Assembly: GCA_002189035.1 (NCBI GenBank)
Contig: NEEC01000020.1
Location: forward strand, 434,001 to 498,000
Direction of reading: 5' to 3'
Source of the DNA: Utricularia gibba
Lineage: Eukaryota > Plantae > Magnoliophyta
DNA length: 64,000 nt
Shown: in pieces, positions 39,040-49,766 of the stretch
Layout of the letters: each line of letters opens with the position of its first letter
Numbering within the stretch: position 1 is the first letter of the stretch
Notes under the pieces: generated by a model
What the model saw: the letters and a program-made list of their open reading frames with translations, nothing else
Database searches by the model: none
What the model was told of the DNA's origin: nothing
Position numbers and translations under genes: made by a program

Positions 39040-40089
39040 CTCAAAAGGTTTCTACACTTTCCATAGAATTCCTGACTCCATCACATTAGCACTTGCCAAA
39101 AAGCATGTCCGAATCACAAATCGAAACTACCCATCTGAATCATTTCGATACAATGTCCATAACAATTCTTGAACGCAAAAAGTGCAGCCCACGACTGCAT
39201 CTAGAATTTCACAGCCTTCTTGAACTCGACAAATAACAAATTAGAGTTCGTCTGAAAATAAACCCTTAGACTCACACTTCGAGAAGAACACCATTGCAAA
39301 TCAACCAACTCAACCCAAAAAAACAAAACTCATACAAAACACCCAGTTGATATGGCTTCACGGGCTGGCCGAGACAAGCTAGTTGACTGCACGACCATCA
39401 AATCAAAAAACGGGATCCGAGGGCATAAAAATTCGATCTTTTTTTAAAAAGATACTGGGATTTTGGGAGCGAAACTGAAAAACTAACGATTCAAAGCGGT
39501 GATGTGGAGGCCACCATCTGCAAAGGTCTGTTCTCACCTGTAAAGAGAAAAGCGAAACCAAGATCCAGGGTTGGAATCAAGAGCAAAAGCCCAAATAAAA
39601 ACAGACATTTATCATTATTATTATTATTATTTTCAAATTTTAGTAGTACGTCAGCATTATTTTATGAACTGTCGGTGCTGATGTCAGTCCTACCTCTCAC
39701 CTACAATATTTATATTATTGGTTGAATTCCCTTGTATACCAACAACTGGAAATTGATTAAATATGTATATAATTAATTAGTATTCCAAATAGATTAGAAG
39801 CGAAATCAATTAATAAGTCAGTTTTAAATTGGTTTCGATTCCTATTCAAGTAACATGATTTTTAAAAAATTGAATTTAGATCCGAACCATGTATAGTAGG
39901 TTTTTATAATTTTTTATTGATATTCGAATTATTATTATCGATTTTAAATTTAATAATTTTTAAATAGTTTTAATTTTAGTGAGAATATGGGTCTGCGATG
40001 AACCCGTCTATGGTCTCGGGCCTGGCCCAATTTACTTCACTATTTCCGAATTGGATATCAGATTTCCCCGTCGGGAAGTTCGCCGGAAA

Positions 40090-40430
40090 ATGGATCCTAA
40101 ATTGATGGAGGCTTCAAAAGTTTCCGATCGATTTAAGGCGGCTTTTTCGCGAAAGGATTTTGGTACCTGCCGTAAGTTATCAGCTTCATTTATCTTTTCT
40201 CATTCTACTTCCTTTCCATGTCAATACTGAGATGTTCGAGCTTGGGATTTCATATTTGTTTTTGTAAATTGGAAAAGAAACTGGGATGTGTGGTGGAGTT
40301 TGTCAAATTTCTGTTGAAAATGTGATTCTCATTCATGCAGTTGCTGTTGAACTTGAGCACTCCACATGAAAGCAGCCTGTAATCGTCTTCTGAATGCAAA
40401 ACAGATCATTCCCCATGAAACTCACGTTTA
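40090..40430 (+). pseudogene. RPN12: 26S proteasome lid subunit RPN12 relic, internally deleted
   Basis: MDPKLMEASKVSDRFKAAFSRKDFGTC (RPN12 N-terminus) is followed after one intron-like segment by AVELEHS/MKAACNRLLNAKQIIPHETHV* (cf. AVELEQSFMEGAYNRVLSARQ), with a frameshift and a stop. Roughly 100 intervening residues and the C-terminus are absent. Confidence 0.8.
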
Positions 40431-40491
40431 ACATGTAATCACATTGTATAGTATTCAAGACCTGAAGAGAAGCAAGCAAGTTGACACAGAA

Positions 40492-41541
40492 TCAGTGCTG
40501 TGGTTGGGATTCGGTGCAAAGAGGGCAGCGGAGCAGCCCATTCTCATTACACTCCCCGCACCGGAGTTTCTCGCCGTCGGCTCCGACCACTTTGCAGCTA
40601 CCGTCGCAGTTGAAGCACAGGACGAACCTCGCGCCGCCGCAGCCGCCGCAACCCAATCGCCCGATGCCTCTCTCCGCACCTGCCCAGTTAAATATCCGGC
40701 TCAGCCTGCCCGTCTCGTTAAGCTCCACCACCTCCTCCACGCTGCCTATGTACCTCCCTTTCACGAACAACCTCGGCACCGCCGTGTCATCCCCCAGAAG
40801 CTCCTTGATCTCCGATAGAAAACCGCCGTCCAGCGCCACGTCTCGTTCATCCACAACCACTTGGTGGTATTCCAAGATCTGCCGGACGCGGATACAGTCG
40901 TCGTGTGTGCGGCGCACGCCGCCGAGGGAAGTCGTGTAGAGCACCACCGCGTTCGCGCCGCCGGGCGGACAAATCTCCTGGAAGTCGGCCAGAGGATTGC
41001 GCTTCACTAAGGTTGAGAATTTTCCCTCCTTTTCTTGCTCCAATCGATCGCGCACGATGAACATGTTGTCCTTGAGCGATTTGGGGACTTCCCGGTGAAC
41101 CCTGATTTGATTCTGAACTGGAGCAGCTTTCACCGGTTCCTTGTTCGAAGAAATTTTCGAGTCCAACTCTTCCAGAGTGCGGATCGAATTCGTAGCCCCC
41201 TTCTTCTCCTTCTTCTCCTTCTCCTTCTCCTTCTCCTTCTCCTTCTCCTTCTCCTTCTCCGCCACCGGTGCCGGATCTTTAACCACATTCGAATCCGCGG
41301 TCAGATACTCCATAACCTCACTACTAACCTCATCCCACGGCCGCGGAGCGTCGTCCACGGCTCTTAGCTTCTCCAAAACCGGCGTCGCCGCCACAACGAC
41401 GGCACTTTTTTCTGGTCCGTAGGGATCGTCTGCGGAGCCCACCCATGGTTCCTGTATCCCGGCCACATCGAAGACAGCGAAACTCGACGGCGGCGGACGG
41501 TAGACGTCGACGTCAACCGTCTTGGAAGTAGCGCACCCCAT
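40492..41541 (-). CDS. Plant glutaredoxin-like domain protein with C-terminal CxxC clusters (At5g39865/At3g28850-like), intronless
   Basis: 349-aa ORF: MGCATSK acylation-type N-terminus, VVLYTTSLGGVRRTHDDC, VPRLFVKGRYIG, CGGCGGARFVLCFNCDGSCK and CGECNENGLLRCPLC. Confidence 0.92.
   Translation of the reverse strand: MGCATSKTVDVDVYRPPPSSFAVFDVAGIQEPWVGSADDPYGPEKSAVVVAATPVLEKLRAVDDAPRPWDEVSSEVMEYLTADSNVVKDPAPVAEKEKEKEKEKEKEKEKKEKKGATNSIRTLEELDSKISSNKEPVKAAPVQNQIRVHREVPKSLKDNMFIVRDRLEQEKEGKFSTLVKRNPLADFQEICPPGGANAVVLYTTSLGGVRRTHDDCIRVRQILEYHQVVVDERDVALDGGFLSEIKELLGDDTAVPRLFVKGRYIGSVEEVVELNETGRLSRIFNWAGAERGIGRLGCGGCGGARFVLCFNCDGSCKVVGADGEKLRCGECNENGLLRCPLCTESQPQH
41204..41260 (-). repeat. Coding (GAGAAG)n hexamer repeat encoding poly-EK
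   Basis: About 9 near-perfect TTCTCC units on + strand; encodes EKEKEKEKEKEKEKKEKK. Confidence 0.9.
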
Positions 41542-43025
41542 ATGTTCGTCCTTTGGTCCAAGAGAAGATGGGGATGGAGTAAATTTAACAACACCTGGTT
41601 AGATATGCTTATCTTCATTCTGATTGGTTGCCCAATCCTTACATTATCAGCCATAAGATTAATTTCATATTTACAAAAAATAATAAACAAATACAATAAA
41701 TTCGTGGCCATTGTCTCTACAAGTGCTATTTTCAGGCCCATAAATATTCTTCCCATACCACAACTTGGAATTCATAATTAATTTCTATTAAAATAAAAAT
41801 AATTAAAAAATATATTTTTATAATATTACAAAATTGAATAAATATTTATCATCTTTATTTTTATATTTTTCATCATAGTTCTTTTTTAATGTATTCATCT
41901 TTAAAAATTCAATTATTCGTCCATAGAGTGACTGTACAAATTTTATATGAGGTATTATTTAAAATAAAATTATAAATATTAAATACATGAAATAAATAAT
42001 ATTACGTAGTAAAAAAGCCAATTATTACATTTGATATCAGAAACCCAATCGTTTGAGTTCATCGATCATTTCCAAAAATATTTTTTGTAATTTTTGATAT
42101 CCATATCATACAATATATTTGATTCCACGTAGCGAGATCCCAAATTCGAGCCGATTCACCAAAATAAAAAAAAAAAATACTCGAAATAATCAATTTTTTT
42201 AATATTACTTTTAACCGGTACAAACCTGGAAAGTTTAAACTGCTTTTCATGGTTCGGATACTTTCTATGTATAGAAGGTTCCTCGTTACTTTCGGACAAA
42301 CGACGCCGTATAACACTTTCCGTTTGTGTCCCCTTCTGCTTGGAGTGTTGGAAGGGCCGTTCGTTCTTCTTGCCTTGGAACAATTTTCTTTTGCTACTTT
42401 AAAAATACCCGCGACTCGTTAAATTCCGTTATTTATTAATATTCAAAATGAATATATTCTTATTAAAATATTTTTAATCGTAATCTTTTCCACTCTTATA
42501 AATTATATAATATTTTGAATACGAATAATATATATATTTTAAGACATAGAAGTATTTTAATATTTTATTTTACTATAAATATTTCTCGAAAAATAGAGAC
42601 TGAATATTGGGATGGCATCAATCACTAAAGTTGCAACATTTTAGGGCTTGCTTAAAGAGATGTGTGACGTGTAGTTCCATGAACAAAAGGGATTGATTCT
42701 TGATGTCAATAGTTTCTCCCCTTTGGACACATTGAAACGTTCTCCAAATCCATACGTTGTAACACCAAAAAAAAAAGTGGGATGTGGGAATCTCAAAAAG
42801 TTTATTCTAAAATTTGTATGGGATAATGAGAGACCTCGATTCGACGAAAAATTACGAATTTATAGAAGATCATAACATAATCATCGACGTTTAACATATG
42901 ATTATTGCATGGAATGTACATCATTAAAATTTTGATCTAAACTTTTAGCATGTAAAAATACCTCATAATGGAATTTTTTAAGAATAAAATTGATGTTTTA
43001 TTTGGAATATTTTATACTTCTAGAA

Positions 43026-43568
43026 AAAACGTTTGAAAAATAGTTTTGTTATTAAATATGAATAAATTATGTTCTAAAAAATTTAAACATTTAAAAGTGT
43101 TCCACGTTTTCTAAGAAAAAGCATTTTCTAAAAAATTATACCAAACTGAATATTATTTTTATTCAAGTAAAAATAATTATTAATTATACGAAACCGAACA
43201 TTTTTTATTCTAGTTTGGATAAAGGTGAACTCTTGTTTTGGATCAAACAAAAAAAATAATGATTAATAACTTTCAGATGAATTAGAAATTTGAACATATA
43301 TAATATATATTATAATAAAATTGATAATTGATAATCTAAATTTTTTAATTTAATCAGTGTTTTGAAAAACTTTTGAAACCTGTTTTTACTTTTCAAAAAT
43401 AATTTTGAAAAGTAAAAGTAAAAGTAATCAACTAATTACTTTTTCAAAAATAACTTTTGTAATTATAATTTTAAAAGTGTTTTTGATAGAATTAACTTTA
43501 TAATTAAAATTGTTTTAGAACAAAACTATTTTTATTTTTAAAAAATAAAAATAGTTTTCAAACATTTT
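43026..43568. mobile_element. Possible MITE-like AT-rich element with terminal/subterminal inverted repeats, just upstream of the FT core promoter
   Basis: Left AAAACGTTTGAAAAATAGTTTTGTT. The right end reads AAAATGTTTGAAAACTAT in reverse complement, and AACAAAACTATTTTT at ~43519 mirrors 43036-43050. No clear TSD. Confidence 0.4.
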
Positions 43569-43753
43569 ACATAACACTCATTTAAATTTAATGTATATTG
43601 ACAGCTGTACACTTTTGTAAATGATACCAACTTTTCTTCCTAACAAATTCTTCATGTTTCGCCCCTGACAAAAACGCAGAGTGACCACCGAATTTCAACA
43701 ACAGCACTCGAAGGAATAAAAGAACAAACGAGAAGGGCCTCGTGAAAGCAATG

Positions 43754-43826
43754 CCCCACAGCCACTCGCGCCATGGGGAATCCTTCTTGTCTTCTCCTGT
43801 TCCATCGGAAAACGGCATTATAAATA
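43754..43826 (+). promoter_or_regulatory. FT proximal promoter: CCACA (TGTGG-type CO/NF-Y motif) and TATA box
   Basis: CCCCACA at 43754-43760 and TATAAATA at 43819-43826, about 60 nt before the ATG. Confidence 0.5.
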
Positions 43827-43888
43827 GACGTGCGCCGGAGGAGGCGTTCAACCCATCAGAGCTGGCGGAAGCGGAGACTACTCATCCG

Positions 43889-44882
43889 ATGCCGAGGGAG
43901 AGGGATCCTCTGGTCGTGTCCAGAGTCGTCGGGGACGTCTTGGATCCCTTCACACGCTCCGTGCCGCTCAGGGTGACCTTCGCCGGAAGGGATGTCAACA
44001 ACGGCCGCGAGTTCAAGCCCTCTCAGGTCGAGAAACAGCCCGCCGTCGAGGTCGGAGGCGACGACTTCCGTACCTTCTTCACCCTGGTACTACTACTGTT
44101 GCTTAACTCATTATAAATATATTATGAAAAATAAGAATAATTATTTAAACTTTTTATAAAAATTATTGAATCGAAGTTCTAAGAAAACTCTTCATTGATC
44201 ATTTTCCGTTTTCTTGATGCCAAGTTGATGGTGGATCCGGATGCTCCGAGCCCGAGCGACCCGAATCTTCGGGAATATTTACACTGGTAATTTTCACTTG
44301 TTTGAAACACGTTTAACTTTGAAGTTATTATAATATATAAATATGAAGGCTTGTGACGGACATTCCCGGGACCACCGGTGCGACCTTTGGTAAGTATTTT
44401 CTATCCCAAATTTTTTTTTCTCTTTTTTGGTAATTTCTTGAAGTAAAATAAAGTTAATATTATACAATTAATTGGATTAATTTTTTTAACGTGAAATTCT
44501 AATAATTTCGTTGGGTTTTTTGCACAATTTCAACTGAAATTTGAAGTTTTTTTTTCTTCGGTTTTGATCCGTACATCATGAAGTTCAAGTGGCATCAGTG
44601 CTTGTAATAACACTTTTATGGGTTGTCCGTCGCATTGGAAACTTGGTCTCAGGACAAGAGATCGTGTGCTACGAGAGCCCACGGCCGACGATAGGAATCC
44701 ACCGCTACGTGTTCGTGCTTTTCCGGCAGCTGGGGCGGCAGACGGTGTACGCCCCGGGCTGGCGCCAGAACTTCAACACCAAAGACTTCGCCGAACTGTA
44801 CAATCTCGGATCTCCGGTGGCCGCCACCTACTTCAACTGCCAACGGGAGGGTGGCAGCGGCGGCCGTAGGGCTTCCGCCTGA
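43889..44882 (+). CDS. FT: FLOWERING LOCUS T-like PEBP (inducer type), 4 exons
   Basis: Exons 43889-44086, 44225-44286 (62 nt), 44349-44389 (41 nt), 44653-44882. Tyr85-type EYLHW, segment [15 protein letters not shown] (Y134/W138/Q140) and LYN triad. Confidence 0.96.
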
Positions 44883-46372
44883 AGGCGAAGCATTTGGCGT
44901 CGTGCCCTGTATTAGTAACTCAATAAAAAGGATTAGCCGCGGCCGTGGGCACCGGCCGGAGCGCTAATCAGGGTTATTAAACGTCTCCGACGCGGCAGGG
45001 GTACGGCTCCCCTTTGTTCATAGGGTTGGGTTTATTCACCATGGGACATGCAGGGTGCTAGGTTTTTAAAGCAATAATAAATATAATTAATAAATTTTTT
45101 TCCCAGATTATTTAAATTATTGTGTGCAAAATTACCTCCCCAAATTTATTAAAGAAACCCCATTAATTTAATATTTATTTTTCTGAGAAATTGATTATTT
45201 TTATTTTTTGTACTAAATTCGAACGACTTATATTTCAAAAAGATTAAAAATTTGAAAAAATATATTTTATTTTTAATAAAATATAAAACCACAATTTTAT
45301 TATATTAGAAAACTTATTGGAAGATGTTTTTTAGATGGAAAATAAAATATATTTTTATTTTATTAAAATAAATTTTTGAAAAAATACTTTCGAGAAATAA
45401 TACACGTGTCACCAAGAGAGCTGGATGCCAAACTCTCCTCCAAGACCAACATAGCATAAGAAGTCATATATCGTATCTTCCTGAGCATATGTCTGGTTGC
45501 ATAACATCTCCTACTCCAACAAGCACGTTGTCACCTGCTCGGAGTTCCGGCCGGCCGGAGTTGCGAATCGCCACCGAGTCGAGATTATGCGAGTGGAAGG
45601 GATGGTCAGGCACTATCACTTGGAGGGAGGATGCAAAATGAACATTGCAGAAACCAGAAAACTAACTGCATAACTGGTGATCACATGGGGCAGGGTGTGG
45701 TGCTAGAGCAATAACTAGGCTCACAGACAAGGAGTCCACACAGTACCTGTGGTGTTACAATGTGGAGTTCAATACCTCTGAGCCCAAAACTGGAGATGAT
45801 GGGAGGTGAGGGGGTTTTTTTAAAAAATACTACTGTGTTTTGATTGTATTAAAAATCTATCTATTCTATGTGCATTTTTTTGAACGTGGTATGTGTGAGA
45901 GAAATGGATGATGGGTGGATTTCAAAAACATCAAGCGAAGAGGTCAATTGAACGAGTTAATTTGAAAAATACTCATTTAACTATATGATAAAAGTATACA
46001 TCTTTAGAGATATTGATACAATAAATACAATAAATACAATAAATATTTTCATTACAAGTGTCATCTTTGATGATGATGCTGAATTAGGACTATTCTGTTG
46101 TTGGATTATTTTAATAATTAATATATTGATAAAGAGATTTAATTTAATAATTATTTACCAACCTACTAATTTTATATAAGACTGGAAATGTGATTAGATT
46201 TCATTCTCTCCTAATTTCGTGAATTCAATTGCATCATATTCAGTTATTTTTATTTTACAAAAAAAATTTCTTCTTTTATAACGAATCATTTGAATCCTAA
46301 GAGTAGCTAATTAACCGAATGATCATAAATATCTTTAGAACATTGGATTACCGGATCTATGATTTCTTGATT

Positions 46373-48363
46373 TTATGTGTTCTTGTTCATTTTCAGCCAA
46401 CATCTACTCCACATGAATATGTTCCCTTGTCTCGAGAACCTGTATCTTGAAATTGAGGTTCCCCTCTTGCGGATGGTAATCTCAGTTGACGTGCTTCGGC
46501 TTAACGTCAACAGCTTGTCCATTGAGGACATCTGCAGCAAAAGATGAACCTGCACCATCTCTTTCACTTGTTTCAATCTCAGCTGCTGTATCCAGCAAAG
46601 GATCATTTTCACATGTATCAATCAGCAGGCTCACTACTTTCCAACAAAGGGTCCCTGGATTCACATTCTCTTCTCAATTCTGTAACTCCAAGTTTTCCAA
46701 AACTGTCATAATTTTCTGTACCACGAATTTTGATATCTTCAGCATTCTGAGAAGTTGCTTGTGCTTCCACCACAAATTTACTGGAGTCATCATGTTTAAT
46801 GGCAGTGCCAAGAGAAGGCCTGTTTTGATCATCAGCAGGCATCATGGATGCCCCATCCTGTTCCCTCTTGCACGGGGTGATTCTACTTACAGCAAAAGGT
46901 TGACAGAGCAAAGTCATCAATTCATTTGACATGTCTAGACAGGAAAAGAGATGAAGGGAATTCCAGAAGAAACCAGAAAATTTAATTTGGCCTCAATAGC
47001 AATAGGATTAAATCAGGTGCAGTAGATGCCTGCACAAAAACTTTGTCCACTATACCAGATTTCCATTTTATCCAGGTATTTGTTGTTTAAACAGCTAGAG
47101 AGGTTGCCTCATCAAGATCAAGCAAAGAAGCATTGCCATCACCAAATCTCTCTGGGAAAAATACCAGACATTCATCAACCAAAAAGGGAAAAAGGCAAAT
47201 AATGAGAAAAGCTATTCACAGTACATGAACCACCAGAACAAACAAAGAAAACAACAGTTCTTGAAAAAAGAATCCTGCAAGAACTAACTGAAGCTATGAG
47301 ATTAACACAAAAATCCCCATATGTTTCCCATGCTTGCACCAAGGGATGATTGAGCATGCAGTAGTAGCAATTTTCCTTGCGAGTCATTATTAAAATCCTG
47401 TACTTGCTTCTTTTGAACAATCATTTTCCAACTTCTCTATCTTGTTTTATTCTTGAAGGAAATACCATCTCCTGGAACAACTTTCAACATACAACCAGAC
47501 ACAGGAGAAGAATGGCAGTTTCATCAAACTGGCTAATCATCAGAACTTTGTCCCAGGTGTGTGGCACAAAGCTTCATGAAAAAGATCTTGCGAAAAAATC
47601 CAGTATATATATGATGGAAAGGAGACCAACCCTCCAGTCCAAATTTTGACGCGGAGTAACTAACACTCTCCATTTTATCCTGAAGGGTAATGTGTTCTCC
47701 CGAACTGATATGATGATCCACAAAGTTTCTGTATATTATCAAAGAGATAATTCATGTTTTTGGAATAAATTCTGGCCACACCAAGAAGGAGGTGACTGGA
47801 TAATCGAAGTGCAATGGGGAACATCATGAGAAAGAATAGAGACTGAAAATGAATATAGGTATATATTACCAAAGGAGAATTGTTTTCACAACCAGGAGTC
47901 AAGAATAGAAGCTAGAATTTCGTGTAAATCTTACAAGGAAGAAAATAACCCACATTTGTATAATCCCCACTAGATCCTTGCATAAAAATGCAGGAACAAG
48001 TAAATCCTCAATCCATGGCAAACCAAAAGCCTTCTCAATACGATGACAAATTCCTCATCTGTTGTCTAAACCATGCTAAGACAGCCTACACCAAAGATTC
48101 AATCAACCTTTCTATAAAAAAAACATCTATGTAGTGTCTTCATAATTATCCCACGTTACAGAAGCCATACAAATGAAAAAAGACAAATGCAAATGAAGGA
48201 AAAAGCATTTTATACATTATTAGAAATGCTCTCATACTTATCTATGGAGTCTCCAATATCTGTATCAAAAACCTGATTTTTTCAAAGCTTCCGGTCCAAC
48301 TGAGCAGCTATCCAAATCTTCCCTAAAGGCCCTTTTTTTGCTAGTATAAATTGGGAGAAACAT
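46373..48363 (-). pseudogene. RAD21: RAD21/SCC1 kleisin (SYN4-like) pseudogene
   Basis: ATGTTT, then a frameshift, then SQFILAKKGPLGKIWIAAQLDRKL*KNQVFDTDIG; next PIALRLSSHLLLGVARIYSKNMNYLFD abuts NFVDHHISSGEHITLQD..SKFGLE|ERFGDG. Downstream exon is broken by stops and there is no C-terminal winged-helix region. Confidence 0.88.
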
Positions 48364-49766
48364 TTTGCAAAGTACTCTACAAAGCAAGAAAACCTTAAGC
48401 CCTCTTAATCACCCCTCATTCATTGCTTCCAAAAGACCATCATCCAATAAGGAAAAGTTTGCAACTTTTCACCATCCTAAGGAACCACGTCTTATGCCAA
48501 GAAGACAATCATCACCAATCGCATTCTGAGCGTGTAACCCCAAAGCATGCTCTCCTAAAACAGCTCCCTAATTTAATAATTCAGCAAAAAACAACGAAGG
48601 CTCAGAGGGAGAGTGCGGCGCACTACATACAATTCGAGGTGATCCCATCTCAAAACAAGAGAACGGCAAACAATATTCCGGAACTAGTCCACAAAAAGCG
48701 TGCAGCATCACCAGCAAGAAGACAAAATCTGCTTAACGTGCAGTGATGTCCGGTGGGTTCTGGCTGTTTCAAAAAAAAGGAAGCGGAACTGAGGAAGCGG
48801 AAGTCAAATCACTCAAGCCGATGGACGGCGTGATTTGCAGTACGGCTGATAAATCAACGACCCAGCTAACAACAGTGGACTTCCGGCAATTTCTTCCAAA
48901 CAGAAACAGTACCTTGTCTTGAAATCTCCTGGCATCACGTATCCACTGTTTCGGTTTTATTACTCAAAGCTTTATGTCATAACTACTCCACGGTAACCTG
49001 ACTTGTTGCTCTAGCAGCATCAAATGCATTGTTGCTGGCAATTTAGAGAAGACGGGAATCATCTCTTTGGAATGTCGAAGGCGGGGGCGGGTAAGTGGGA
49101 CTTCAAAAGAATTGAGGAACGGCAGCCAACTAAATGAGGATACGCATGAACAATGACGTCCCGATGGTTCTCCGAATACTGTGCATCCGCGTCGGATTCT
49201 TCCAGCCGCGTCGACACATTCGGCAGTTTGACCCAAGTGTGAATAACGTAAAGGTTGGATTTTGCGAATAATTCATTGTTAGTAGTCAATAGTCATCGTC
49301 CACTTTTTTGTGAATTCTGTACAAAAAACCTACGACGGACACGTATCGTTTAAAAAAAGTGTTTTATAGGAAAAAATGCATGCTTTTTAGGGTCTCCGGC
49401 GGGATTTGTTAAGGTACGCGCATTTCTAGGCGACGGATCAAACCGCCGGGACTGGCTCGAGAATCGGAACCTTAGCCGCCTTTGCTTTTGGGGTGACCCT
49501 GTTGATCCTCAACAACACTTTAGGATCTCGGAGCTAAAGCAAAGAATAGAAACAGCGAGGGGAGCCGAGCGCTTTCTTCTGCGAATCCACTTGGTCTTTT
49601 CCCCCTTTTCCCCAAGGAACAGGATGGCATTTTGTCGTTTTCATGTATGATATTGTTGCGGAGGCGTATCTAAGAAGAAGAAAAGCGACTACCCAGTTTC
49701 TTGTCTTCATTCAAGTGACGAATTGTTGAGCTTCTCGGGATGTGGTAGTTGGAATCACATCTGGGA

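Noticed and set aside
43742-43888. N-terminally extended FT from the in-frame upstream ATG at 43751
   Set aside because: That ATG lies upstream of the TATA box (43819), so it is probably not transcribed. MPRERDPL at 43889 matches normal FT starts.
45985-46179. Ile/Asn-rich 64-aa ORF
   Set aside because: Low-complexity AT-rich sequence with no coding signal.
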